A stretch of DNA of 64,000 bases, taken from contig NC_045696.1 in the NCBI RefSeq assembly GCF_009834535.1, forward strand, positions 117,492,001 through 117,556,000. The letters are read 5' to 3'. A program made the translations under genes and the position numbers. Source of the DNA: Camelus ferus. Its lineage: Eukaryota. The notes under the pieces were generated by a model, which had not been told where the DNA came from, did no database searches, and saw only the letters and a program-made list of their open reading frames with translations. Shown here piece after piece: positions 50,801 to 63,639 of this stretch; the stretch's first letter is position 1, and every line of letters begins with the position of its first letter.

Positions 50801-52437
50801 AATATATATATTTTTGTCAATATAAATATTCCCCGAGACTTCTGTACATTATATTGTAGACACTCTTTTATTTGATAGTTTATAGACTTAGAGATATGCA
50901 TATAGGGAAACTCATTTCTACAAGAGTATCTTAATATATGTAAGTCTGATAAAACTGGGCTTATTTTACAGTCAAAATGTTGAAACTGAGAACTCTGCCT
51001 TCCATCTGACATTGGAAGACTTTGGAAAGAAACAATTGAAAGACATTTCTATACTATGTTGTCCTACACCCATTTCCTTGATGAGCTCACCCATATCCAC
51101 TGCTGATCCACTGATTCTGCGCTATTAACTCGTCCATTTACATTTCCACACCTGCTGCCACATCTGTCTTGCCGGTATGACCTCAGCGCTTAGCCAGACA
51201 TGGGACCAGAGGAGAGTAAGTGTTTTTATTGCTACACTTTTGTTAAATTTCCCCAGGGCCCACCTTTCTAGTCAGAGAAATGTGACCCTGCCTGTAAATT
51301 CTACCACTACCGGTAATGGGATTATCCTTGACCTAAGAATGCCCCTGCTCTTCCAGGGAACATGGTCTTCTTCTTCAACTCTCCAGCACATATTTGGGAA
51401 AGAGCTTTAAAATTCACCTTGCAGCTTAGGGATGATGAAATGCCTCACCCTTTCACTATCACATCTGGCTCCTTGGGTTCACAACTTGGAATTGACCCTG
51501 ATTCCTCTCCCCTGTAATTCAAAACCCCTCAAAATACTGATACAGCTTCATCTTCTAGCAGACCCATGATCCGTCCATTACCTATGAAATACATGATCGG
51601 AATCCATGCAACAGAGAATGGCAAAGTTATGGAAATTTACTGACAGTCTTCTTTCTGGTTGTAGTGTAGATAAAAGAAAAGCAATAAAACAACACAGCAT
51701 TCCAAAAGGTGACTCTTGCATTTGTTATCAGCGGTGCAGCTCTTTACATGGGATCTCGTGCCATTTTTTGAATGAAAGTGCGTATAGGGAAGGTATTGGG
51801 TCAGGTGGATCCTGCTCCTTTTCCCGTCTTTGATGTCATTGCAAAAGATCAGGTCATAATCATTTTCCTGGTCTACAGCAATCATCTCTTCAATGGCTTT
51901 CCCATTCCCACCCTGCCATAATATTGGTGAAAACACCTTCCTAAAAACTTCTAACCCCTTGCTAGCTCCCTACTGCATGTGAAATGAAGTCTTAACTCCT
52001 TCAGAAAGCATCCAGAAAAGAGCCTTAATAATGTGGCCCCGACTCATTCAGCACTGCTCTCTCCACTGCCTCCCACCTTTTCCTGCTGTGCCTTAGAGGG
52101 AAACGCTTCATGATGGACATGGCCATACTATTCCATGCGTCCGCAGTTGTCCAGCCAGTGACTAACATGGAAACTGACACATGTCCGATGCCAAAAAAAG
52201 AGTCCAGATTCAAGATGGTTGATGAAATGTCCAACCTCCCCCCCCATTCCAAATCACAGGATGGGGGGGTGGGGGTGGGAGCAGAGCTGGAAATCTGTCC
52301 CTGGCGGCCCTGGAAACACAGGAAGGATGCAAGCGGCAAATGAGCTCAGGCAGGAGTTTGAGGACAATATGGACATTGGCCTAAAACAAGGCTCTTATAA
52401 ATTTTCATGATTTCCAATTATTTAGGAAAATCAATTT

Positions 52438-53488
52438 TTTTTTAAATTGTAGTAGAGTCGGTTTACAACATTGTGTTAGTTTCTGGCGTACAGCACAGTG
52501 ATTCAGTTATACACACATATATATACACTCCTTCTCATATTCTTTTTTATTATAGGCTATTACAAGGTATTGAATATATTTCCCTGTACTGTATAGTAGG
52601 ACCTTGTTTATTTTATATATAGTAGTGTGTATCTGCAAATCCTGAACTCCCAATTTATCCGTCCACCCCACCTCCCCTCCAGTAACCATAAGTTTGCTTC
52701 CTTTTTTCCTTTTCTTAATTTTTAAAACAACTATATTGTGGTATGATTTCTGTACAGTAAACTACACATATTTCAGATGTACAAACTGATGAATTTTGGT
52801 AGATGTATAAACCCATGAAACCACCACCACAATCAAGATACCTAACATTTCCATCACTCCCCCAGAGGGACAAATTTCCAATTCCCAATTTATCCCTTCC
52901 CACACTTTTTACCCCCTGGTAACCATAAGTCTGTTCTTTATGTCTGTGAGTCTGTTCCTGTTTTGTAAATAAGTTCATCTGTGTTGTTTATTTTAGATTC
53001 CCCATAAGAGTGGTAGCATATGGTACTTTTCTTCCTCTTTCTGGTTTACTTCACATAGTATGACAATCTCCAGGTCCATCCATGTTGCTGCAAATGGCAT
53101 TATTTTATTCTTTTTGTGGCCAAGTAATATTCCATTGTGTATATATAACACATCTTTATCCAGTCAACGGTCAATGGACATTTAGGTTGTTTCTATGTCT
53201 TGTCTGTTGTAAATAGTGCTGCTATGAACACTGGGGTGCATGTATCTTTTCAAATAAGAATTCCCTCTGGATACATGCCCAGGAGTGGAATTGCTGGATC
53301 ATACGGTAAGTCTCTTTTTAGTGTTTTAAGGAATCTCCAATTTCCATAATGGCTGCACCAGACTACATTCCCACCAGCAGTGTAGGAGGGTTCCCTTTTT
53401 TCCACACCCTCTCCAGCATTTACCATTTGTGGGTTTTTTAATGATGGACATTCTGACTGGTGTGAGGTGATACCTCACTGCAGTTTTG
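52438..53488 (-). mobile_element. Composite antisense L1 (young L1 with an embedded old L1M 3'-end segment)
   Basis: Young L1 3'UTR 52438-52700, L1MB-like piece ~52715-52865, young L1 again 52871-53488; flanking aggaaaatcaattt / aggaaaattcattt. Confidence 0.8.
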
Positions 53489-53499
53489 AGGAAAATTCA

Positions 53500-54300
53500 T
53501 TTTCTATCACGGACACAACTGATGAACAAGTTAGTAACCTGGCAGATCAAGCAAAGCAATTGTCTCATATAGTACTGAAAAGATAAAGCTCCGGAAAGTG
53601 TAAGGAGACTGTTAGGGGAAATAAAGGATAGATTAAGAAGTTTCAGTTTCTATTTAATAGTGATTCCAGTGAGAGGGAACAAAGAACATGCAGGGTTGGA
53701 GTAATTTAAACACGATAAAAGTAAATTTTTTTTTTAGAGAGAGTATAACTTAAGAGGTAAAGAACATGTTTTGCATATACAAGGTCCTGGGTTCAATCCC
53801 CAGTGCCTCCTCTAAAAATAAATAAATAAGTAAACCTAGCTAATCCCCTGTCCCCCCCAAAAAGGGGGAGGGGGGGGAAGAAACATTTCCCCAAGCTGGG
53901 AAAAAAAAAGATGCAAATCTTTTGTTGGAAAGGGTTGATATTGCCAAGCTGGAAATTTCTCAACTTAGTGAAAATTCAGCTTCAAAGATAAAGAGAAAAA
54001 TCACAAAATTGAAATCACAGAAATATGAAAAGAGTTTCCTTCAGCCTCAGAGGAGTTAAGCTAAAATGCAGATTTATTGTCTACAAATCTGGATGCTGGA
54101 ATGGAAAAAGTTCCTCTCTGGGTCTGAGATTAAATTATTTTGAACGTAGAATTCTATACTCGGCAAAATGATGAATCAAGTGTAAGGGCAAAAGAAAAAC
54201 ATTTAGGGGCATGAGAAGACTAGGACAGCTTAAAATCTAAAAACTTTCTGTAAGAATTACCCAACGCAGTACTCAGACAGAGCAAAAACTGATGTCTATC
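53500..54300 (+). mobile_element. Very old L1/HAL1 ORF1-like remnant
   Basis: 'ggatagattaagaagtttc...tttaatagtgattccag', 'aaacatttccccaagctg', 'aaagataaagagaaaaatc', 'tagaattctatactcggcaaaa'. Confidence 0.55.
53736..53862 (+). mobile_element. Vic-1-like SINE (diverged head)
   Basis: 'aaggtcctgggttcaatccccagtgcctcctctaaaaataaataaataagtaaaccta'. Confidence 0.85.
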
Positions 54301-54494
54301 AATAGAGAGGAGAGCAAAGGATGAAAGAAGAAGTAGTGAAAAAAGAAAGCAGTTAAACTCTTGATTTGGCTTAAATAATCATTATTAAGTGACTGAGACA
54401 TTTTTAAGAAAATTCTATACTTCTTATGCTCTAGGAATTCCCAAATAAAATAACATTATATTTTAAAATTTTAATTTAATTTAATTTAATTTTT

Positions 54495-54697
54495 TTCCCA
54501 TTTTTAATTGAAGTATAGTTGATTTACAATGTTGTATTCATTTCTGGTGTACAGAACAGTGATTCAATTGTACATATATATATATATTTTTTTCTTTTTC
54601 ATATTCCTTTTCATTACAGGTGACTACAAGCCATCGAATAAAGTTTCCTGTGCTACGCAGTAGGACCTTTTTGTTTATCTATTCTGTATATAATAGT
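54495..54697 (-). mobile_element. L1 3' end
   Basis: 'aattgaagtatagttgatttacaatgttgt...tttcctgtgctacgcagtaggacc'. Confidence 0.85.
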
Positions 54698-55902
54698 AAC
54701 AAAGCAATTTGTTTCAAAAGAACAGATGGAAAAACATAAAATAAGAGAATATTATATTATCTATTCCTGTATACCAATATTTTGGTAAACCTAGAAATCC
54801 AGGTTCTGAAACTCTCGATTCTAGATTCTAGTGGGTCCCTAATCTTAGAAGGTAAAAGAAATTGTATCTTTATCTCCACTAACCTCTGACTGAATTCAGC
54901 ACGACCCTCCGTTGTGAATCTTGGCAATAAACATAGCGGGTGTTAGCGATACCTGTGACTTTTCATGGGTAAAAATCACAGGCGTGTTTATATCACTTTT
55001 CAGTTGGTGTGGTGTGTGGAAATATCATTAATAGTAGTCATTAGATTAGCTGTCGATTGCACATAATCTCCAAATTCCTGTTTATAAATGCTCCTGCAAA
55101 TGAGCTGATCACGCCCTCCCTCCAGGTAAATCTGCCTAGTTAACCCATTACCACTATAGTGACCCCCTCGCCCACTTTACTCTCCAATATTCTTACTCCT
55201 TCTGTTCATCAAGAGTTGAAAGGGGGTGCGCTTTTCCCATCACTCTTTAAAGTTCTGTAGAACCTGACAGCTGAGATGAGAAATTTTTAACTCTCCATAA
55301 GGCAGGATGGTGTTTTGTAATCCAGAGAACTGAGTGAGCCACCAGTATTAGCCTTGCAAGTTCAAACACATCACATGATGGAGGTAACTGTTGAAGTCTT
55401 ATTTAAAGTAACTTATTAGTATTCACAGATTGTGCAGTGATACAGGCCGTGTGGGTTACACGTTCTGAGAAGCAAAGGTTCTTTTCTTTGTTTGGATCCT
55501 TCTTTGATTCCCGCTTTGTACACTGCTACGAGGTAAAGGCAAGCATACATAGTGTATTACATAAGCAGGCTTTGTGCATTTTTATTCCGTGAAAACACTG
55601 AGCATATTGAAATAATATTGTGAGAACATCACAAACATAATCCAGAAACACACACACACACACACACACGGTATTCATAGGAAGGCACAAAAAATCATGT
55701 GCTTCCACTCACAATAAAAGTCAAATTCCAGGAAGAACATATTTGAAAATGATTTTAAGAAGTGCCCCATAGATTTCACCAACTGCCAAAGGGGATCATA
55801 GCATTTAAATAAGAACCCAAAAGGTAAAGACTCTCTGACTTAGATCAAGTAGGTGTTTCCTAAGAAGGTAAAAATTACCAAAACTAACTCAAGTAGGGAA
55901 CC

Positions 55903-56040
55903 AAGGCGGAGAGTACAGCTCGGTAGTAGAGTGAAGGCTTAGCATGCACAGGTCCTCGGTTCAATCCCCAGTACCACCATTAAATAAATAAACCTAATTA
56001 CCTCCTCCCCCAAAAAAACAATAAAGATTTTTTTAAAAAA
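55903..56040 (+). mobile_element. Vic-1-like SINE
   Basis: 'gcttagcatgcacaggtcctcggttcaatccccagtacc...aaataaataaacctaattacctcc'; imperfect TSD aagtagggaacc / aagaagggaatc. Confidence 0.88.
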
Positions 56041-56074
56041 AGAAGGGAATCTTAAGATTGTTTAATATGTCTGC

Positions 56075-56315
56075 GAGTGGGTGGGAAGGGATAAATCTGA
56101 AAGTGTGAGACTTACAAATGTTAGCCACTATATACAAAAATAGATTTAAAAAACAAGTTTCTACTGTAGGGCACAAGGAACTATTTTCAATATCTTGTAA
56201 TAACTTTTAATGAAAAAATATGAAAACAAATATATGTATTATATATATGACTGAAACATTATGCTGCACACCAGAAATGGACACATTATAACTGACTATA
56301 CTTAAAAAAAAAAAA
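56075..56315 (+). mobile_element. L1 3' end
   Basis: 'gggtgggaagggataaat...gcacaaggaactattttcaatatcttgtaataac' plus poly(A). Confidence 0.85.
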
Positions 56316-57189
56316 AGCTGAGCTAGAGTAACAATTTTAGGAAACACTGAAGGGTAATAAGCAAAGGGTTACATACACATCACCCATCACCCTTACCTGT
56401 GCCAAAATGCTGCTACCAAACTCAAAAGGAACAGATCATTTCTCTTATTTAAATCCTTTGAACTCTTAGACAAACAAAAAAACAAAGTGCCCCAAACATT
56501 CTTCAAATCAAGTAAAATGACCCTGAAATCAAGACAAAGAAAAGTATGTATACAAAGGAAAACTATTACAGCAATATTACTTCTAAATATAAGTATGCAA
56601 TTCCTAGGGCATTGAGAGTTATGGTTTTGCAGGCGGCAGCAAAAAAACAAAACAAAACAAAAAGGAGTCAAATAAAATAATAACTATCTAAGCTGGAAAA
56701 GCGAAGTGAAGAGGAGAGGAAATAGGTCAACGATCTATGGATCCTGCTGTTGGAATAGAAAGATCAGGTTAAGAAGAGTTCATAAGGAAGATTACTACAT
56801 ATTTTTATTATTGGATCTTAAGTTACAACTTAAAAGAATGAAGTAAATATACATGTACTAAAATGTAAAGCTCCCCAAGACATCGTGCTGAATGTGCTGA
56901 ATAAAATCAAGACGCACACGTGTGCGTGCATATGTGTGTGTTTTCTCCCAAATGATGCCATTGCAGGGAGAAGGGCCCACACAGTTTTATTTATTTATTT
57001 ATTTTACTTTTCAGTGGTTTGAGATGTCTACACCTAGTATGCATTTGAATTTTAAAAATATTAAAAAAGCTATTTCCATGTTAGAAAAAAAAATGGTGTG
57101 CCTAGGTGCATGACACACAGACATCGCTGTTCTTATTTCTGTTTGTTTTCATCCAATATTTTTTTGATGCAAAATTTTTTTTTTCTTAC

Positions 57190-57590
57190 AGAAGGGAGTC
57201 ACATTGTGCACACTGTTTTTTATCAGTTTTTTTTCCCACCTTTCCCCTGATATTATATATTTCTCTAGTATAACTTTTAAGGGCTAAATAAAGCCTGGTT
57301 GTTAAATATTTATGTTTCATTCAGTTCTTGTTTCTACCAAAAAACACTTCCATAAAAATCTCGTAGCTGTAATTTTGCAAACATCTATGACTATTTTCTT
57401 AGCGTGAATCCCCCAAAGTAAAAAATGCTGGTTTAAAGGTTTTATGCAAAATTCTGAGGCATTCAATAGACATGGCCAAACTGCCTTCCAGAAAGATTTT
57501 AAAAATTTACACTCTCACCAACAGCATATGACAGACTTCTTCCATGCCATTTGCCAGCACTGAGAATATGACTTTTTTTTCCATCTAGTT
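57190..57590 (-). mobile_element. L1ME-like diverged fragment
   Basis: 'gccaaactgccttccagaaag...aatttacactctcaccaacagcatatga'. Confidence 0.6.
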
Positions 57591-59799
57591 TTTAATATGA
57601 GGTTCTTCAAACTAGATTTATCATAAAGTTAAGGATTTTTCCATTCTAACTCGATATCAAATTGTATTTTCCAACTCAAATACCACAGTGATAATGACCT
57701 GACAGCAGCTTGATGGTGTGAGATACAGAAGTCAGGGCAATCCATGCTGTACTTCTTACAGACTTCTCTCCTTAAGTGTCCTTTCTTTGCCAATCAGTTA
57801 CACAGAAAGATTGAGGATTAGATTTTGAGAGTCTCATTCTAACTGCCTCCAATGAGTAAAATTATTAAAATTTAAACGTAACTTTAAAAACTGTGTGTTG
57901 GACCTCTGTGCCATGACGAAGGTCAAGTTCAAGCTCCTTATTTAAAAAGACCTCCCCCTGAGGGAGCACAGAAGGCGGTCTATTAACATTACATCTTTCT
58001 CCTTTCTTTTCTTCTTTGTTCATTTTAAAGCAAGGCTAATACTGCCTGAATGCTAAAATTGCAGAAAACTGCCATGACTTGTGCATCAATTTTGAGTCTG
58101 TTCCCCCCCGGAATCCCTGTAGACAACGAATAGTGAAAATCCTTGATGAATTATCCAGCTAAACAAAGCCTTGCTATTTCGTTTTCTAAACAATACTGGA
58201 AAGGACCCATTAAAGATCGCCAACTTGGGATGGGCATTGTACATTATTTTCAAACAAGAAATTTAGAGTTTGGTGTATTTGGAGTTTGGTTACTAAGCAT
58301 CTTCTTGTTCCTGTAAGAGACAGTGATAAATTTTCTAACAGGCATGCTGTTTGAAATGCTTTGATACTAAACTTTCAGACTGTGAAATGGTCTAAAATTT
58401 TTAAATTATTTCTTTTGTTAAGAAGATATTTGCTTGCTGTGGCTACAGTTGTGAGTGTCCATGCAAATAAAATAATAATCCACTGAGAAAAAGATGAAGA
58501 GGATGCTTGCAAATGACTTCATTGTGTAGGTACAGCCATATTCTTCAATTAATTATAGCGACAGTGTTAACTTTAATCGTTCATTCTCATGTAAAAATTG
58601 CAAAAATGCTACAATGCTGAAAAAAAGAGTAGTTGAGACAGATCAAAGAGGATCAAAAACAATGGAAACCTCTGGTGTCTTAGCAGTTATCAAAGGAAAT
58701 CACACAGCTCTCAAGACAGGCAATATTTATTTATTTCATTAAAAAGCATACAGTTGAAGTCAAAAACGAAAAGAAAAAAAAAAACAAGCTACCACAATAA
58801 AACACTATTTTTCTCTGTAGCTTCACCCCAGATCTTTTCAAACATATAAAAGCCTGCATATCTTATTTACAAAATAATTACAAACCCTAAAACTAAACTT
58901 TTGCTTTATCTGCTACTTACCTGACCGCTAACCTGTTTCTTTCATTGCCAAACTCCAATGATAAAAGGTCCACATTGATCAAGGCTGTTTCACTTATGCC
59001 CAGCTCAACTTTTTTTGTAATATATCAGAATATGAAGTTCGTAATTTCAGGTGAGTCACCACATTAGAATAACGCCATGTGACAAAGGAGGTGCTCGACC
59101 ATATGGAAATTTACAGAAGAGGTATGCAGAAACTTGCTTAAGAACTTCCTGGAACCCCTCACCTATTTCAAGGTTATAAAGGGGCCAGATGTGGGAGATG
59201 AAAGAGGAATTTGTGAGGGGAATAACTTTAAAGAGAACTGTTCTTGAGTTCAGCTCACAAGGGGAAGGAGGAGAACCCACCACTGCCCACCACCCCAAAC
59301 CTAGTGGGGCATCAATGAGCCCCCCTGAGCTGCTGCTTCACCTGTGTTCTTTGCAGCTGGGGGACCCAGAGGACCTTGACTGAACTCCTATCTATATGGG
59401 AAAGCACAATAGCTCCTATATGGGAACTCTATTGGTGGCAGCACCGTGGGAGGGCCATTGCTGGCCTGGGAGGTTATCTGCGCTTTCCACAGACAACAGG
59501 TGAAAATGTGCTTACATCCTAGAGCAGGTGATCAGACTGGAGTAATTCAAACTTCTACCCAAGAGGACCCCAGAGAGAGTCTGTGTGGAGCAGACTGACA
59601 GAGGACCAGGGGCGGGGGTTGAGGGTGGGGTGCTGCCCCCTGGAGACCTACCACGTCAAGGGGGTTTCAGTCAGAGAGGCCCAGCAGAGGAAACTCTCAA
59701 AACCTACCAAAGTGTCTGAGAGAGAACATGTCGGTGCTGAATGTTTCCCAGACATAGAGAGGGCCACCTTGTCTTCAAATGTATCAGTTACCACTTCTA

Positions 59800-60140
59800 C
59801 AGGGAATCTAAAAATGTGATACAAATAAACTTATTTACAAAACAGAAAGAGACTTACAGACATAGAAAACAAATTTATAGTTACCAAAGGGCAAAGAGGG
59901 GGGAGCGGATTAATTAGGAGTTTGGGATTAATAGATACATACTACTGTATATAAAATAGATTAAAAAAAAAAAAAACAAGGTCCTACTATGTAGCATAGG
60001 GAACTACATCCAAAATCTTGTAATAACCTGCAAGGAAAAAGACTATAAAAAAGAACATACATATATACATGTATAACTGAATCACCATGCTGTACACCAG
60101 AAACTAACACAACATTGTAAATTAACTCTACTTCAATTTT
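59800..60140 (+). mobile_element. Camelid L1 3' end
   Basis: 'ggaatctaaaaatgtgatacaaataaacttatttacaaaacagaaagagact...caccagaaactaacacaacattgtaaa'. Confidence 0.9.
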
Positions 60141-60734
60141 TAAAAATGGTACAGTTAAGTGGATTTCCCACCTCTCTGCTCCTTGTGCGTCTCTGCTTCA
60201 ACCCCTGGAGGGTCGGAAACTCCGATTAGCCAAGTTGAGGAAGGGGAGGGAGAAAGAAAAATGAGTTAACTGTAAATTCAGTTGGATTCACATCAGATGC
60301 TCTAAATTCTGAGATGAGATTGTGACTCCAGGTGACCAGAGGATGTGCAGTTACATGAGAAGGACCAGAAGAGTCGAGAAGCCTCTCCAGGTTTCCCACC
60401 AGGAGCAGAGAAAGGTTACCCTCTGAGCAGGTTTAAAGGGCATGTGCAAAGCCAACACAGATTATTCATTTCACTTGGTCCCATGAGCCCAATGCTCTTA
60501 GGAATCACTGTCTCAAAAATTGATGATCATCTTTAAAAGGCAATGTAGTATAGGGAGAAAATAAATGGACATGGAAACCTAAGATTTGAAATTGAATTCT
60601 GAATTCACAGCCAAATATGGAGTGGCCTTGGTGATGTCACGTAACCTCTCTGAATCACATTTTTTTTTTTTCCCATCTACAAATGTAAGAGGTTGGAATA
60701 TTTATTCTCTAAAATTCTTTCCTGTTCTTAATGC

Positions 60735-61650
60735 TGTTTGTTATGGTTTGGATTCCTCAGAAACTGACCCTGAGTCAAGGATTCTAGTGCCACCTGGGAG
60801 GTAATCTCAGGAAATTTAGCAGAGAAGCAGGAAAATGAGAAGGAAAGGAAGCCAATAATAATATAATGTGTGTTATCAAGCCAGTTACCACTGCGGGCTC
60901 TAGGAGTTCAATCCACTGAACCACCCAGGGAGGCAGTGTAGACCGGCACTGGCCAGTAGACTATGAAGCAATGAAGCAAACTAAACTGGTTGTTTTAAAT
61001 GTTCTAGTAGCCACATTTAAAAAGATAATAAAAAATGAAATTAATTTTAATAATTTATTCAACCTATTAAATCCAAAATATTAAATTTCAACATATAAAA
61101 ATTATTAATGACATTAAGTTTTTTTTTACTAAGTCATCTAAATCAATTTTATACTTATAGGATTAACTTGACTTGGACACTAAAGTTTCATCCTGATGTG
61201 TATTTAGATTTTGGAAAATTTACAGTTAGCAAGTAGATTTATGTAGCTAAGGTTTTCTAAATCTACTTAAAGGACTTCAAATAACTGAAGAGTATCATGT
61301 TTTACTTTAAATTCATTGAAATCAAAACTGAAAATGCAGACCCCCAGTCACACTAGCCACATGCTACATGCTCAGTAAGCACATGCGCCTGGTGGCTACT
61401 GCATTGGACAGTGTGTCTCCGGGTTATTCTACCCGAGGACCAAAGAGGCTGGGGCTTTTATCCTCCTCGCGGACCGTCATTGGCTAAGGGCTGCATCTGG
61501 GGCGGTTGACAGCTGGGCTCACAAGTGAGCCTGTCTACCACCAGAACAAAGCTCCTTGCAGAGAGATGCAGGTGTTCACAGTAAGAAGCCTTCTGCACAA
61601 GGAGGTGACAGCCAAGGGGATGTGGGCAGAGTGCTGACAGCGTCGGCTGC
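60735..61650 (-). mobile_element. ERVL LTR16-like LTR split by a DNA transposon
   Basis: 'ggattcctcagaaactgaccctgagtcaaggatt...tgggaggtaatctcaggaa' and 'gaggctggggcttttatcc...tcattggctaagggctgc' are antisense LTR16-type. Confidence 0.65.
60945..61412. mobile_element. MER33/Charlie5-like hAT element
   Basis: 'ttctagtagccacatttaaaaa', 'cagtcacactagccacat...cacatgcgcctggtggctactgcattggacagtg'. Confidence 0.75.
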
Positions 61651-61654
61651 ACTC

Positions 61655-62520
61655 TATGACCTCCACTTTGCCAGGGATTGCCATTTTGATCGAGTCTCTT
61701 CTTCGTCTCTTGGAAGGATGTGACAAATCCTTTTTTTTTTTGCTTGTTTCAAATATCTCCCTCAGTTTCTCATTGTCCTTCACGACCTTGACACTCCTGA
61801 TGGGTGCCAGATGGATAACAGTCTAACCCTGACACTCTAACCCTGTACATTGGTGGTTTCTCATGATCAGATTAAGGTTATGCACTAACAGGAATGATAT
61901 CACAGAGGTGAGGGGCCCTGTTCAGTGCATCATGTCAGGGGTCCATGTCCTCTTACTGGTGATGTTAAAAACTATGATCGCTTGATTAAGGTGGCATCTA
62001 CTATGCTTGTAGGTACAGTGACATTACTCTTTTTCCCTTTGTAAATAATAAATATTTTGAGGCTATGCAAATACCCATTTTCTCCTCAAACTTCTGCCCA
62101 CTCATTTTAGCATTCGCAGGCGGATCTTGCCTACAGCAAGTCGGACTAATGTTCTAGTGCTCTAGTGACGATTTGCTATTTCCTTCTTTCCTTCTACATT
62201 TATTAACTGGAATTCTTCTGCAAGGAGTCAATATTTCTCCACCATTTACTTATCAATCAATTATGTCACTATGGACTTCTGAATATTTATTTTACTGTTT
62301 TATAATCCAATATTTTATTTTGTTACTGAAATGGTTCCAGTATTCATTGGTCATCGTGAGGAATTTCAGGTTGGCTCCTGTGTCCTTTCCACGCGCCGCA
62401 CCCTTTGTACTTCCATATTTTTCGGTATTACAAGATCCTCCAGGCTCACCTTGTATCGTCCCTGCCCAGCCTGAGAATCTATCACCTCTCCAAGGACCTG
62501 TTTTCTATCATAGGAATGGA
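61655..62520 (-). mobile_element. L1MC-like 3' region
   Basis: 'tttctcatgatcagattaaggttatgc', 'gaggctatgcaaatacccattttctcctcaaactt', 'ttcaggttggctcctgtgtcctt'. Confidence 0.7.
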
Positions 62521-63639
62521 TAGTTTAGGACCCTCCACTTTCATCCAGGGAAAGAGGATCAAGTCAGAAAAGAAGCTGGAAGGACCTTGGAGAAGCCCAG
62601 AATTCAGGGCTTGAGTAGAAGGGTCTGTCAGCGAAGTGGGAGGAAGCTCAGAGCACGGTGTCGGAGAAGCCAAGCAAAGACACCCCCACAGAGCATACTA
62701 ACCTGGTCCTGCCATCTTCTCTTACTATTTCCTTTTCAGAGAAGCAGGGCTCTTCCAGCCAGACATCCTCACTGCCCTAGGAGGACCAAATCCCCGACTC
62801 TGAGAAACGGCAGTAAACATAACCACAATTACCACATTCAGCCAATGGACTCTAGACCTTCATTCTTCTAGCTGAAATGTTTCCCCTCTCCTCTCTCAAC
62901 CCAAATCCTACTCTTCTTTCCAAAGCAGGGCAAGTTGCACATTTCCCCAAACGCTCAGCCTACATGTATCATTTGCTTTACACGAATACCGTGGCTCCTG
63001 TCTCTTCAGTCGATTCACGTTTGGATTATATTCTTTAAAAAATTTATTCTATTTTTTTCATATTAGTTGTTTCCCCAAAATACTGTAGCTCCTTTATGTC
63101 AGAGGCCATACCTCACACTCAGCAGTTAATATCTAAATACCAAATAGACATCTAATAAATATGTATCATTTTAACATTCATATTAATAAATCAACCACTA
63201 TATTGAGTCATCAAAGAAATAGTTAAGCACTGGGAAGCTTCCAGGAGCTACCTTATCTATGCAGGAATGTTAAAAACTACTCCTTAAAATGCAAAGTTAG
63301 AATAGCTATGTGAATTGCTTATGGCTTTGATGATATTCCAAGAAAATATAACCCTGAGCCAGGGTAATTCTTATTTCTCATCAGGAAATAATTCATCAGG
63401 ATATTTATGGCTTACCTATTAATAAAGTAAGCCCCTGTGATATTTTATATGACCCTTTTTTGCCTTGTTTTATAAAAAAAACTATCTGATCTATTTTCAT
63501 TTTGAAAATCAAGTACCTGTTACAGAATTACTAATGTATATAGCCATCAAATTTTCAAAGGACAAATGGGAGACTGTTAAAAAAATTCATTGATTTTTTT
63601 TAAAAAAAGATAACATCATTGTTTTTCTTATTAAACTAG

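Noticed and set aside
51637..51936. 99-aa minus-strand ORF in unique-looking sequence
   Set aside because: No recognisable domain or splice context; length within the chance range
58921..59020. Perfect minus-strand donor CAG|gtaagt with an upstream open frame (VELGISETALINVDLL...)
   Set aside because: No polypyrimidine-flanked acceptor before an in-frame TGA
61823..61845. Two CTAACCCT telomere-like units
   Set aside because: Only two non-adjacent copies inside an old L1; not an interstitial telomere array
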